A stretch of 64,000 bases of DNA from Candidatus Bathyarchaeota archaeon (lineage in GTDB: Archaea > Thermoproteota > Bathyarchaeia > Bathyarchaeales > Bathycorpusculaceae), in contig CAWFFH010000005.1 in assembly GCA_963815095.1 (NCBI GenBank), forward strand, positions 105,359-169,358. Direction: 5' to 3'. Of the stretch, positions 50,891-58,971 are shown piece after piece. The position numbers and the translations under genes are program-made. The notes below the pieces were generated by a model that was not told the origin of the DNA, did no database searches, and worked only from the letters and a program-made list of their open reading frames with translations. Within the stretch, counting starts at the first letter, position 1, and each line of letters opens with the position of its first letter.

Positions 50891-51506
50891 GGTTGATTCC
50901 CAGCAAGAGTTCTATCTTAAGGGCATCTACGCCGTTGAAGTGGTTTCTGATGTGAAGGATGGATTAGTTGAGGTTCGGGCGAAAACAACCTTTCTTGCAT
51001 ACGAGCAACTATTCGAAGGGGCAGTCGTCAGTTTAGGGTGGGCACGACTGCGAAGCGCTGGGTTAGGAAGAGGTGAGGTTTTGAAGGTTCCGTTACCTCT
51101 TATTTGGTCACATCGGCGCTCGGGTAGCCAAAGGGCACGTTTGAGCAGTGCAAAGCAAGGCTTAAATCTGCATCACTTAAATAAGAAAAAACATACGTTC
51201 GGTGAACTTCAAATGGCTACTTGTCCCCAGCATAGCGGCATGGAAGAAAAAATCAACCACATCAGCAAAGAGACTCAAGAGATGCATTCTGCTCTAATCG
51301 GCAGTGATATGAGCAGTGGTTTGGTTAAGAAAGTCGCTGACATTGATTCTAAACTCGATTTGTTTATTGCTGGGCAGAAAGCTCAACAGGAACTCGAGGA
51401 GCAAAAGCGAAAAGAAAAGTCACGAGTTATAAAGGGTTTGGCTGCCATTGGTGCAACAGTTGCGATGCTTGTAACATCGCTTGCCGCTTGGTTCCGTGGA
51501 AGTTGA
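50880..51506 (+). CDS. ORF probably comprising two genes; the 3' gene (ATG 51213) is a coiled-coil plus C-terminal TM protein (XhlA/holin-like)
   Basis: Internal GGTGA RBS before MATCPQHSG; C-terminal GLAAIGATVAMLVTSLAAWF helix. Confidence 0.55.
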   Translation: MTSKVDSQQEFYLKGIYAVEVVSDVKDGLVEVRAKTTFLAYEQLFEGAVVSLGWARLRSAGLGRGEVLKVPLPLIWSHRRSGSQRARLSSAKQGLNLHHLNKKKHTFGELQMATCPQHSGMEEKINHISKETQEMHSALIGSDMSSGLVKKVADIDSKLDLFIAGQKAQQELEEQKRKEKSRVIKGLAAIGATVAMLVTSLAAWFRGS

Positions 51507-51559
51507 TATGTGAAAATTTTTAACCTCTTAGCGCTGAGACAGTCCCGAAGGTACCTAGT

Positions 51560-52166
51560 TTGACGTATAAGTATAAGCTCAAAAATGGGCAAGAGATCGA
51601 GACTTCTGTTTTTGTGCCTCCGGAGTACGAGGGCATGCTTGAGGATCTCCGTGAACTTAGCCGTGATGGCCAGAACCCAAATAAAATGACTGACAAGCAA
51701 AAACAGGCAACTTGGCATAGCCTAACTAAATTCGCGTGGGTTTACCCTATAGTTACCAACAAAGAAGGCTGTTTTGCAGATGGAGAGCAGCGAGTCGATA
51801 CTTGCATTAGTCACGAAGAGTTTTTTGGTCCCGTTTTGCGACTTCAGATAGAGGATATCGACCGACGTCTTCTAAGGCAGGTTTTAAACAAGCTCAAAGG
51901 CACCCATGATAAACTACTCGACGCTGAGGAATTCAAACGTATAACAGAAGCAAACAGAGCTGACGACCTAAAAGCACTGCTTAACATCTCAAACGGTACG
52001 CTGGAGCGATATGACAAAATCCTCGATGCAGCTGAGAGCTCCACTGGCGCCATCCTTGATAGCACCTTTGAAGTTATCGTCGCATGCAAAGACGAGCCCG
52101 AACAGAAAACGAGTATTTGACGAATTAAAAGCTCAGGGGTATGACGCACGGATTTTAACATTGTAA
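51560..52166 (+). CDS. ParB/Srx-like domain protein (frameshift near 52108)
   Basis: QNPNKM..YPIVTN..ADGEQRV; removing one A restores the C-terminus EPEQKRVFDELKAQGYDARILTL*. Confidence 0.7.
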
Positions 52167-52765
52167 AAGAGTGGCCTAAGCCCGCAAGTTTTCGCAGCCA
52201 AAGCGTCGCAAGCAGCTTCACCATTACCGCTGAGAAGATGGATAAACACTTTATCGGCAAACTACCTATTGAAGATCTAGACTGGAAGATCGGAGTTATC
52301 ACAGGTCGCAGCGGCACTGGAAAAACAACCATTGCAAAGCAACTTTTCCCCGGTGAGTACATCAACAGTTTCACGTATGGATCTGAGACTGTCCTGGATG
52401 ATTTCCCAGAGAACCTCACAGTTGCCGATATTACCCAAGCACTCTGCAGTGTAGGTTTTGCGTCTCCTCCGGATTGGCTAAAGTGTTATGCAAATCTTAG
52501 TCAGGGAGAAAAGATGAGGGTTGACGTTGCACGTGCTCTCTTGTTGTCAGGAAAGCGGGTAGTGTTTGATGAGTTTACCAGCGTAATTGACAGGGAGATT
52601 GCACACATTGCCTGCATGGCTATCGCAAAATCTGTGCGCAAAAGCTGCAAGCAGTTTATAGCCGTAACCTGCCACCGTGACGTAATTGACTGGTTAGAGC
52701 CAGATTGGGTGCTCTGCACTGACGATATGAGTTTTGATAAAAAAAAGAATCCACCCAACAATTGA
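52151..52765 (+). CDS. viral ABC-type ATPase (start uncertain; first in-frame ATG at 52238)
   Basis: GRSGTGKTT, LSQGEKMR, VVFDEFTS, VTCH, WLEPDW; frame open from DFNIVKEW. Confidence 0.85.
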   Translation, partial: DFNIVKEWPKPASFRSQSVASSFTITAEKMDKHFIGKLPIEDLDWKIGVITGRSGTGKTTIAKQLFPGEYINSFTYGSETVLDDFPENLTVADITQALCSVGFASPPDWLKCYANLSQGEKMRVDVARALLLSGKRVVFDEFTSVIDREIAHIACMAIAKSVRKSCKQFIAVTCHRDVIDWLEPDWVLCTDDMSFDKKKNPPNN

Positions 52766-53516
52766 GCTCGAAATCCACCAAGTTCCTCTCAACCTCTGGA
52801 CACTGTTTAGGGAATATCACTATCTAAACACGGTGATTGCTCCATTCTGCCGTTGTTATGCAGCTTTTCTCAAAGGTAATCCAGTTGCGTTTATTGCTGT
52901 TCAGCCCATCAAGTTTGGAACCCGTTTTAACCGCGTTAGCCGCCTAGTAGTTTTGCCTGACTATCAAGGTATTGGGATTGGCCGCAAACTGCTTAACTGG
53001 ACTGCAGAGCATTACAAGAAAATGGACAATGCGCCTTTTGTAATTATCACGAGCAATCCGCAGCTGATTCGCACGGGGCTAAAGGGCTGGAAGCTTAACA
53101 GAGCAGGTAGAGGCGGCAAGATCAATAACTCTAGCTTCCAAAAGACGATGAAAGGTCCTTATAGGGGCAATCCCGTCGCGTTTATTGCTGTGCAGCCTAT
53201 CAAGTTTGGAACACGTTTTAACCGCGTCAGCCGCCTAGTAGTTTTGCCAGACTATCAAGGAATTGGAGTTGGACGCAGATTGCTTAACTGGACTGCAGAG
53301 CATTACAAAAAAATGGACAATGCGCCGTTTGTTATAATTACTAGTAATCCTCAACTGATTCGCACAGGGCTAAAGGGATGGAAGCTTAACAGAGCAGGAA
53401 GAGGCGGCAAGATCAACAACTCTAGCTTCCAAAAGACAATGAAAGGTCCTTACAGTCACGGAGCCGAAAACCGCCTCACAGTTTCGCTGGAATACTTAGG
53501 AAAACCTAACATTTAG
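52734..53516 (+). CDS. GNAT acetyltransferase with internal tandem duplication
   Basis: FREYHYLN and two copies of SRLVVLPDYQGIG(I/V)G (acetyl-CoA motif A). Confidence 0.85.
   Translation: MIKKRIHPTIELEIHQVPLNLWTLFREYHYLNTVIAPFCRCYAAFLKGNPVAFIAVQPIKFGTRFNRVSRLVVLPDYQGIGIGRKLLNWTAEHYKKMDNAPFVIITSNPQLIRTGLKGWKLNRAGRGGKINNSSFQKTMKGPYRGNPVAFIAVQPIKFGTRFNRVSRLVVLPDYQGIGVGRRLLNWTAEHYKKMDNAPFVIITSNPQLIRTGLKGWKLNRAGRGGKINNSSFQKTMKGPYSHGAENRLTVSLEYLGKPNI
52875..53453 (+). repeat. tandem duplication, 2 x 288 nt (period 291 nt, 97 codons)
   Basis: 52875-53162 vs 53166-53453: 29 differences by manual alignment, 27 synonymous. Confidence 0.95.
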
Positions 53517-53666
53517 CAACCATGTCAGGGAAACGATAGAATCATAAGACCTTTTCAAGCGATGTGTTGACTCATTCGTCACGTTTTCAGAAGTTTTAAG
53601 CTAACATTTAACATTTCAAGAAAATTTTAAATATTAGTAAATATAGAGTTATTTACTGACCGAAAT

Positions 53667-54146
53667 GTGCCTAATTGTTCAGTGTCTTCGCCTTTAAGTC
53701 AAAGCCAAAAAGCGGTGTGGTCATTAATCACCAAAGGCTTCTCAGTAGTTAACATAGCTGAAAAACTCAACAGAACACGTCAATATGTGAATCAAACCAA
53801 AATTGCTGCAGAAACCAAACTAACTACCACCCTTCTGGATGTTGCACAAGCAAATGATCTACAAATAACAAAACTACAACCAAAAGAAGGCATACTTTTA
53901 GGATATCATCCAGCATTAAAACGCAAAGCTATACTCACTTACAGCACAAATTATGGTATAAAAGTGTGGTATTGGCATGACAACCCTGAAGAAGTAACCG
54001 ACTCAGGCTTCCTAAACCAGACAAGACAGTGCCTACTCGACATTGCCAGAGAACGAGGAATAGAAATCAACGGCTCTGATTCAATTCACCCAGCCAAACT
54101 GGCACACATGATTTTCTCCCAACTTATTCCAGAGTTGAAAACATGA
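53667..54146 (+). CDS. HTH DNA-binding protein (cargo)
   Basis: LSQSQKAVW...VVNIAEKLNRTRQYVNQ HTH; ATGA overlap with the next gene. Confidence 0.7.
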   Translation: MPNCSVSSPLSQSQKAVWSLITKGFSVVNIAEKLNRTRQYVNQTKIAAETKLTTTLLDVAQANDLQITKLQPKEGILLGYHPALKRKAILTYSTNYGIKVWYWHDNPEEVTDSGFLNQTRQCLLDIARERGIEINGSDSIHPAKLAHMIFSQLIPELKT

Positions 54147-54755
54147 CCGTAAAGAAAAATTTGGAAAATCGAATACGAGGTTGGTTTCCCCAAGAACCGA
54201 CAATGATCAGTGCGCGATTAAAGGTGAACCATGAATACAAGCAGCCGCCTTTGATAATTCCTCCCCAATACAATGCCAGCGCGACAAAAATAGCTGGCGG
54301 ATTTGCAGTTTTTTGGATATTGTTTTTAGGGTTAGAGCTTGTTATGTCTTTCAATCTTGAATTTCACGCTATTCCACCCTTTCAAATTATGGCTTGGTTA
54401 TTCGTTGGTTTAACAATAGGTATAATTTCAAACACTATGCTTACTAAAAATCAACTCACTCGATTATCAAACGATTACCAATTCACACCAAATAAAAAAG
54501 ACCGGCTTATTCTTCTTTTACCATTAGTTTCATTCTTATTCTTGGCGGTTTTGTTAATTGGTTTCTCTACTCTTCATTGCAGGCATGGCTAATTTCAATT
54601 CTTTCGTATACGGTTTCTTTTTTTCTAATAAAAACTTTATTGTTTGCAGCCTTTGAAAGAAAGCAAAATATGCGTCTAATGCAAAGTGGCTGGAAATAAC
54701 TGTTTTTCTTGTGCCAAAAGCACCAAACAACAACGACCCAACTGGTAGTTCCTAG
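54143..54755 (+). pseudogene. multi-TM membrane protein with N-terminal LENRIRGWFPQEP motif, frameshifted
   Basis: ORF 54143-54592 continues in another frame (ILGGFVNWFLY...FERKQNMRLMQSGW) and probably again to TAG at ~54755. Confidence 0.6.
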
Positions 54756-54978
54756 ATTAGAGATTGGCTTCAACCTTTTCCCACGGTTGGGTGCATATAC
54801 CTCTTTAGATTACCTGAGTTGTCAGCTTTGTCAATCATTAAGAACTAATTTTGGAGAGGAAGTAGACTTTTTCCACGGTTGAGTGCATCCACTCTTTATC
54901 TTTTTTATGTCAAGAAAGTTTGACTAAGGTCGGTCAAGAAACGTTTACGAATAACCTTTTATTGCCTATAGTTTCTTA

Positions 54979-55824
54979 ATGGAATACATGAACAGTGCAA
55001 ACAAAGGTTTAGCAGTATTCATTATTCTAATCATAACAGTCTCAATCCTAAGTATACTGATGGTTCAACCAGCATTTGCTACCCAAATAATAACTAAAAC
55101 TGAAATACCTAAGCCAACCATACCCCAATTTAGTTTAGCCCTTTATGATTCGTCTTACGATGTTCCTGCCTTTTCAACAACCAACCCCTATAATGGACAA
55201 CAAACAACACAACCTTTCTCCCACTACGAAGAAAGAACCTTAGTGTTCACAATTCAAAACCAAGTATTAACTACATTTCGAGACAACAGCTATAATGTCA
55301 ACATATACTATAATATTCGCTATAAGGGACATTTTGACCAAAACCAAAATTGGATTGAATTGTTTGGTCCAAACTTTGGATATGTTAACCCCACATCTGG
55401 ACCACAAACAATCTACATAGCCAATGGAACCTATAATTCAGAATTTGATATTAGACAGTTTTCTGTCGGTTTCCCTGCCGATGGTCAAATAGACTTTCAA
55501 GTTGAAGCACTCATTGGGTATCCAACTACTCCCACTATCTTTACAGGACAAGAAAGCGGATGGAGCAATACACAAACAGTAACATTAAACGAAGCAGTAA
55601 CACCATTGCCTTCAACCTTACCAGAGATATATAGCTCATACTTACCAAGCATCTCACCAACTGCTTCTTTATCCTCAACCCCAACATCAACGCCTTCAAC
55701 AACTCCAACCGTTCCAGAGTTTTCATGGTTAGCAATTTTGCCCTTGTTTGCTTCATTGTTCTTTATCGCTATAGTAGTCAAGCATCGAAATAGACAGAAA
55801 CCCATCGACCAAGACCTTGACTAA
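54979..55824 (+). CDS. secreted surface protein with Ser/Thr/Pro linker and PEF-CTERM-type sorting signal
   Basis: Signal peptide ending PAFA; TPTVPEF + TM + KHR basic cluster. Confidence 0.8.
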   Translation: MEYMNSANKGLAVFIILIITVSILSILMVQPAFATQIITKTEIPKPTIPQFSLALYDSSYDVPAFSTTNPYNGQQTTQPFSHYEERTLVFTIQNQVLTTFRDNSYNVNIYYNIRYKGHFDQNQNWIELFGPNFGYVNPTSGPQTIYIANGTYNSEFDIRQFSVGFPADGQIDFQVEALIGYPTTPTIFTGQESGWSNTQTVTLNEAVTPLPSTLPEIYSSYLPSISPTASLSSTPTSTPSTTPTVPEFSWLAILPLFASLFFIAIVVKHRNRQKPIDQDLD

Positions 55825-55836
55825 AAAATTAGTCAA
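55817..55836. promoter_or_regulatory. perfect inverted repeat TTGACTAA-AAAA-TTAGTCAA, candidate operator
   Basis: Located about 37 nt upstream of the wHTH-membrane gene; a related TTGAC-N8-GTCAA lies at ~54920. Confidence 0.45.
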
Positions 55837-55872
55837 TAAACCCTAAATAAACAAAACAACAACTCCTCACAT

Positions 55873-56553
55873 ATGAGTAAAGGAATAGCTTCACTTCATA
55901 AGATTCTAAAGGATGAAACACGCCAAAAAATCATAATGTTGCTAAACCAAAAAGAAAGCCTTAGCTATAGCGATTTGATGGAAGGCTCAGAAGTTCTAAG
56001 TACGGGACTTCTAAACTACCACTTGAAAGTTTTAGGTGACCTTTTACAGAAGAATAGAATTGGAGAGTACCAGCTCTCAGAAAAAGGCAAACTTGCCCAT
56101 AGATGTTTAACGACCGATTTTCCAGAAGAACATGCCTTAAGAGATAAAAGGATCTTCAAGGCTTGGATAGTTTTTACCATAGCATCCATTATTATTGCTA
56201 TTCTTTATGGCAATTTCCAAAACATTCCGATTGAAAGAACAGCCACAGTAATTTTCATTTTGTTGTTATCGACAGGTTTTGCCTTCTACATTAGAGTTAA
56301 ACCATCCACTTCAGGCAATAGAGTATTCTTCATCGCGATTGGAGCTTTTGGCATTGGGTTCATTTTTTGGTTTCTTTTAACCTCGTTGATAATGTTTAGC
56401 GGTCTTCGTTCGCTAATAATTGGATCAACCGGAAGTTTTGGTGATGATTTTGTTGTAACAATAAACCTCATTATAAGTTGGATTGTTGGCGGATGGGTAG
56501 GTGACTGGATAGGCAGCAAAAGAAACTATGTTATTCCAATGATAAGAGTCTAA
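55873..56553 (+). CDS. ArsR-like wHTH regulator fused to a multi-TM domain
   Basis: LKDETRQKII..LSYSDL..GLLNYHLKVL..YQLSEKG, followed by four hydrophobic helices. Confidence 0.8.
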   Translation: MSKGIASLHKILKDETRQKIIMLLNQKESLSYSDLMEGSEVLSTGLLNYHLKVLGDLLQKNRIGEYQLSEKGKLAHRCLTTDFPEEHALRDKRIFKAWIVFTIASIIIAILYGNFQNIPIERTATVIFILLLSTGFAFYIRVKPSTSGNRVFFIAIGAFGIGFIFWFLLTSLIMFSGLRSLIIGSTGSFGDDFVVTINLIISWIVGGWVGDWIGSKRNYVIPMIRV

Positions 56554-56632
56554 ACAAGTAATGACCTTTACCCACGGCAAGGAGTACCACACCTCTAAAT
56601 AATTTAAGCAAGGTAAATCATACTTATCTAAG

Positions 56633-56867
56633 ATGACTATGAAATACATTGGTTTATTTGGAATATTGAGCATCACAATTGGGGGAGGGTTTCTTGTTTA
56701 TGTTCTATCTTCAGTCATCATTAATGCCTTGAAAAACCCCATATAGTTCTGGACTCAGTACGCTGTCAATGATGAGCTTGTATGGTGGACTTATTGCCTT
56801 TTTGTTTGTTGGTGTAGGGATATGGTTAATTGTCAACGATGCAAAACCTGAGATAAAGAATTCCTAA
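56633..56867 (+). pseudogene. small 2-TM membrane protein, frameshifted at a C4 run
   Basis: MTMKYIGLFGILSITIGGGFLVYVLSS.. joins ..YSSGLSTLSMMSLYGGLIAFLFVGVGIWLIV.. when one C is removed (~56738). Confidence 0.5.
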
Positions 56868-57167
56868 TATATTTTATATATTTTATTTTAGTAGCCGTTA
56901 ACTCGAATCAATTACTTTTTCCCAAGCATTTGTATATCCACCCTACATATGTATGAATTTCAACCGCTAAGAACTATTTTTGGAGTAGATCTTTTCCCAC
57001 GGTTGAGTGTACCCACCTTCCTTTGGATATTTACAGGATAAGTGGTTTTCTAAAATGCCAATAGCTTATTGCGAGCACGCGAGATGGATGTTGTTAAGGG
57101 GCTTAGAAGGCGCCCGATATGTGAAAGCATATAATTCTACAGATTTGTAGAAAATAAGGGGGTACCC

Positions 57168-57713
57168 TTGAAGCGTAGTAAGGAAAGATTGCTAAATCGG
57201 CGCCGTCGCATGTTGACTTTGCTTGGCCTAAACAACAGTATATCCAGCGTAGTTGATCAGCTCAGCCGCGACTTTGGTGTCAGCAAGGTCGCAATATATG
57301 CTGACTATGAGCGGCGCAAAGATTGGATTCCAGTTGTAGAAGCCATGGATGATTATGCCACATTTATGCAGGCGCGTTTGGATTTTCTCGATAGGGAAGC
57401 CATCACTATGATAACTGCCATAGAGAACAGCGCCGACGCAAAAAACAAGTTGGTGAAAATTGGAGCGATAAATACTGCTCTAAGAGTTACTCATGAGCAG
57501 ATAACTCTGGCTCAGGAGCGGGGCTACATTGAGAAGAGACCTATTGCAATTTTGGAGTGCCCTGATTCGTTGCCCTATGAGCGTGATTCTGACATAAAGA
57601 AAATATTGCTCGAAGAGATGGAGCGCCAAAAACAGCAGCGCAGATTAGAAGATGAGCGGAGAGCAGCCGATGCCGCAAAATGTGGAAAAGCTGAATCTGA
57701 GACAGGGCATTGA
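57168..57713 (+). CDS. terS: putative terminase small subunit
   Basis: N-terminal HTH (LSRDFGVSKVAIYAD); overlaps the TerL start. Confidence 0.6.
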   Translation: MKRSKERLLNRRRRMLTLLGLNNSISSVVDQLSRDFGVSKVAIYADYERRKDWIPVVEAMDDYATFMQARLDFLDREAITMITAIENSADAKNKLVKIGAINTALRVTHEQITLAQERGYIEKRPIAILECPDSLPYERDSDIKKILLEEMERQKQQRRLEDERRAADAAKCGKAESETGH

Positions 57714-58971
57714 TTGTTTCTGCTATGTTCCCCATGCCGCGCAGGTATCTTTCCACTGTGGACGCTACTATTATGCTCAACGGGCTTGTAGCTGTGGAAC
57801 TGGCAGTGGTAAAACAAAATGCGGGTTAGCCGAGGACATACATTGGGCTCTGGAGTATCCAGGGAGTGTTGGCTATATCTTCGAACCCAGCTATCCGATG
57901 ATGAAGCGTATTTTGTTCCCCACATTGGAGTCAAAGGACTTTTTTGGCTGTAGATTCCCATATACCCAAAACCCCTATGTTGCAAACTTTAGCAGGGACG
58001 ATTTGCGATTAGATTGGATAAATGGGTCTCAGTGGTGGTTTGTCTCTCTGGAGGATCCTGAGCGGGCTGAGGGTCCTAACGTTGATTATGCGCACATCGA
58101 TGAGGCTCGCTTAGTGCGGCATTTTGATACTGCTTGGTTGACTGTGGTTCGTCGGCTTCGTAAGTCCGGGCGCTGTTCTGTACCTATTGAGCCTGGCGTT
58201 TGGGTTACAACAACGCCGGACTCTCCGGGAACACAGCTCTATAATGTCATCGAAAACCCTCAGACAGCTAGCCCCGAGATGCATGTCTACCGCTGGAGTA
58301 TCTATCAAAACCCCACGCTGCCCAAGAGCTTCATTGCTGAGATCGTGCGCACTCACCACGGAGGGCTGGCTGATCGGTTTATCTATGGCAAGTTTGCAGC
58401 AGTTGGAGCTGGGACTTTGCCGTTTGATTCTGCTAAGCATGTGCGGGAGATCGATCGGGAGCTAATCGAGTATATGCGCTATGGTGTGGACTTTGGCTGG
58501 AGCGCTCCCTCGGCGGTTATGGCTAATGCGTTTGATCATGATGGCCGAGGCTACTTTGTCGATGAATTCTACAAGACTGAGACTACTGATGAAGAGTTGC
58601 TTGAAGCATGCGTTGAGTTGGAAGACACCTGGGGTAGAGGACCATTCTTTTGCGATGGGCGGTTTCCTCAGTCGATTATGAAGTTGCGCCGTGGCTATAC
58701 CAAACCCAATGGTACGTACATAAGAGGCGTGAATGCAGTTGCCTACACAATTAAGCGAGAAGATGGCCTACGTGAACTCAACAGCCGTTTTGCCGTTGCA
58801 GGCGACGGGTTGCCCAGACAGTTCGTGAGCAAGTGCTGCGCCAATTTTATAAGCGAAGCCCTCGAATACCGAGAAGACGTGAAAGAACGTGACCACGCTA
58901 TTGATGCAGGACGCTATAGCCTACCAGTCACGCCTGTTTGCAAGATCTCTGCTAAGAGGGCTCGAATTTGA
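57652..58971 (+). CDS. terL: terminase large subunit
   Basis: GTGSGKT Walker A, AHIDEAR Walker B, TTTP, GVDFGW and DHAIDAGRY nuclease motifs. Confidence 0.92.
   Translation: MSGEQPMPQNVEKLNLRQGIDCFCYVPHAAQVSFHCGRYYYAQRACSCGTGSGKTKCGLAEDIHWALEYPGSVGYIFEPSYPMMKRILFPTLESKDFFGCRFPYTQNPYVANFSRDDLRLDWINGSQWWFVSLEDPERAEGPNVDYAHIDEARLVRHFDTAWLTVVRRLRKSGRCSVPIEPGVWVTTTPDSPGTQLYNVIENPQTASPEMHVYRWSIYQNPTLPKSFIAEIVRTHHGGLADRFIYGKFAAVGAGTLPFDSAKHVREIDRELIEYMRYGVDFGWSAPSAVMANAFDHDGRGYFVDEFYKTETTDEELLEACVELEDTWGRGPFFCDGRFPQSIMKLRRGYTKPNGTYIRGVNAVAYTIKREDGLRELNSRFAVAGDGLPRQFVSKCCANFISEALEYREDVKERDHAIDAGRYSLPVTPVCKISAKRARI

Larger units (their letters stand above)
54774..57023 (+). repeat. five dispersed direct copies of a ~33-bp motif, consensus CTTTTCCCACGGTTGAGTGYAYMCACYT
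   Basis: Copies at ~54774, 54867, 56565, 56915 (degenerate) and 56991; copies 2 and 5 share an upstream TAAGAACTA(A/T)TTTTGGAG extension. Confidence 0.8.

Noticed and set aside
52875-53453. DGR template/variable repeat pair
   Set aside because: Differences are not adenine-specific on either strand and are almost all synonymous; no reverse transcriptase in the window.
54774-57023. CRISPR array
   Set aside because: Copies are degenerate and irregularly spaced (about 76-1700 nt) with whole genes between them; no cas genes.
54774-57023. Classical integron attC sites
   Set aside because: No RYYYAAC...GTTRRRY ends or long attC hairpin recognised, and no IntI in the window; kept only as an analogy.
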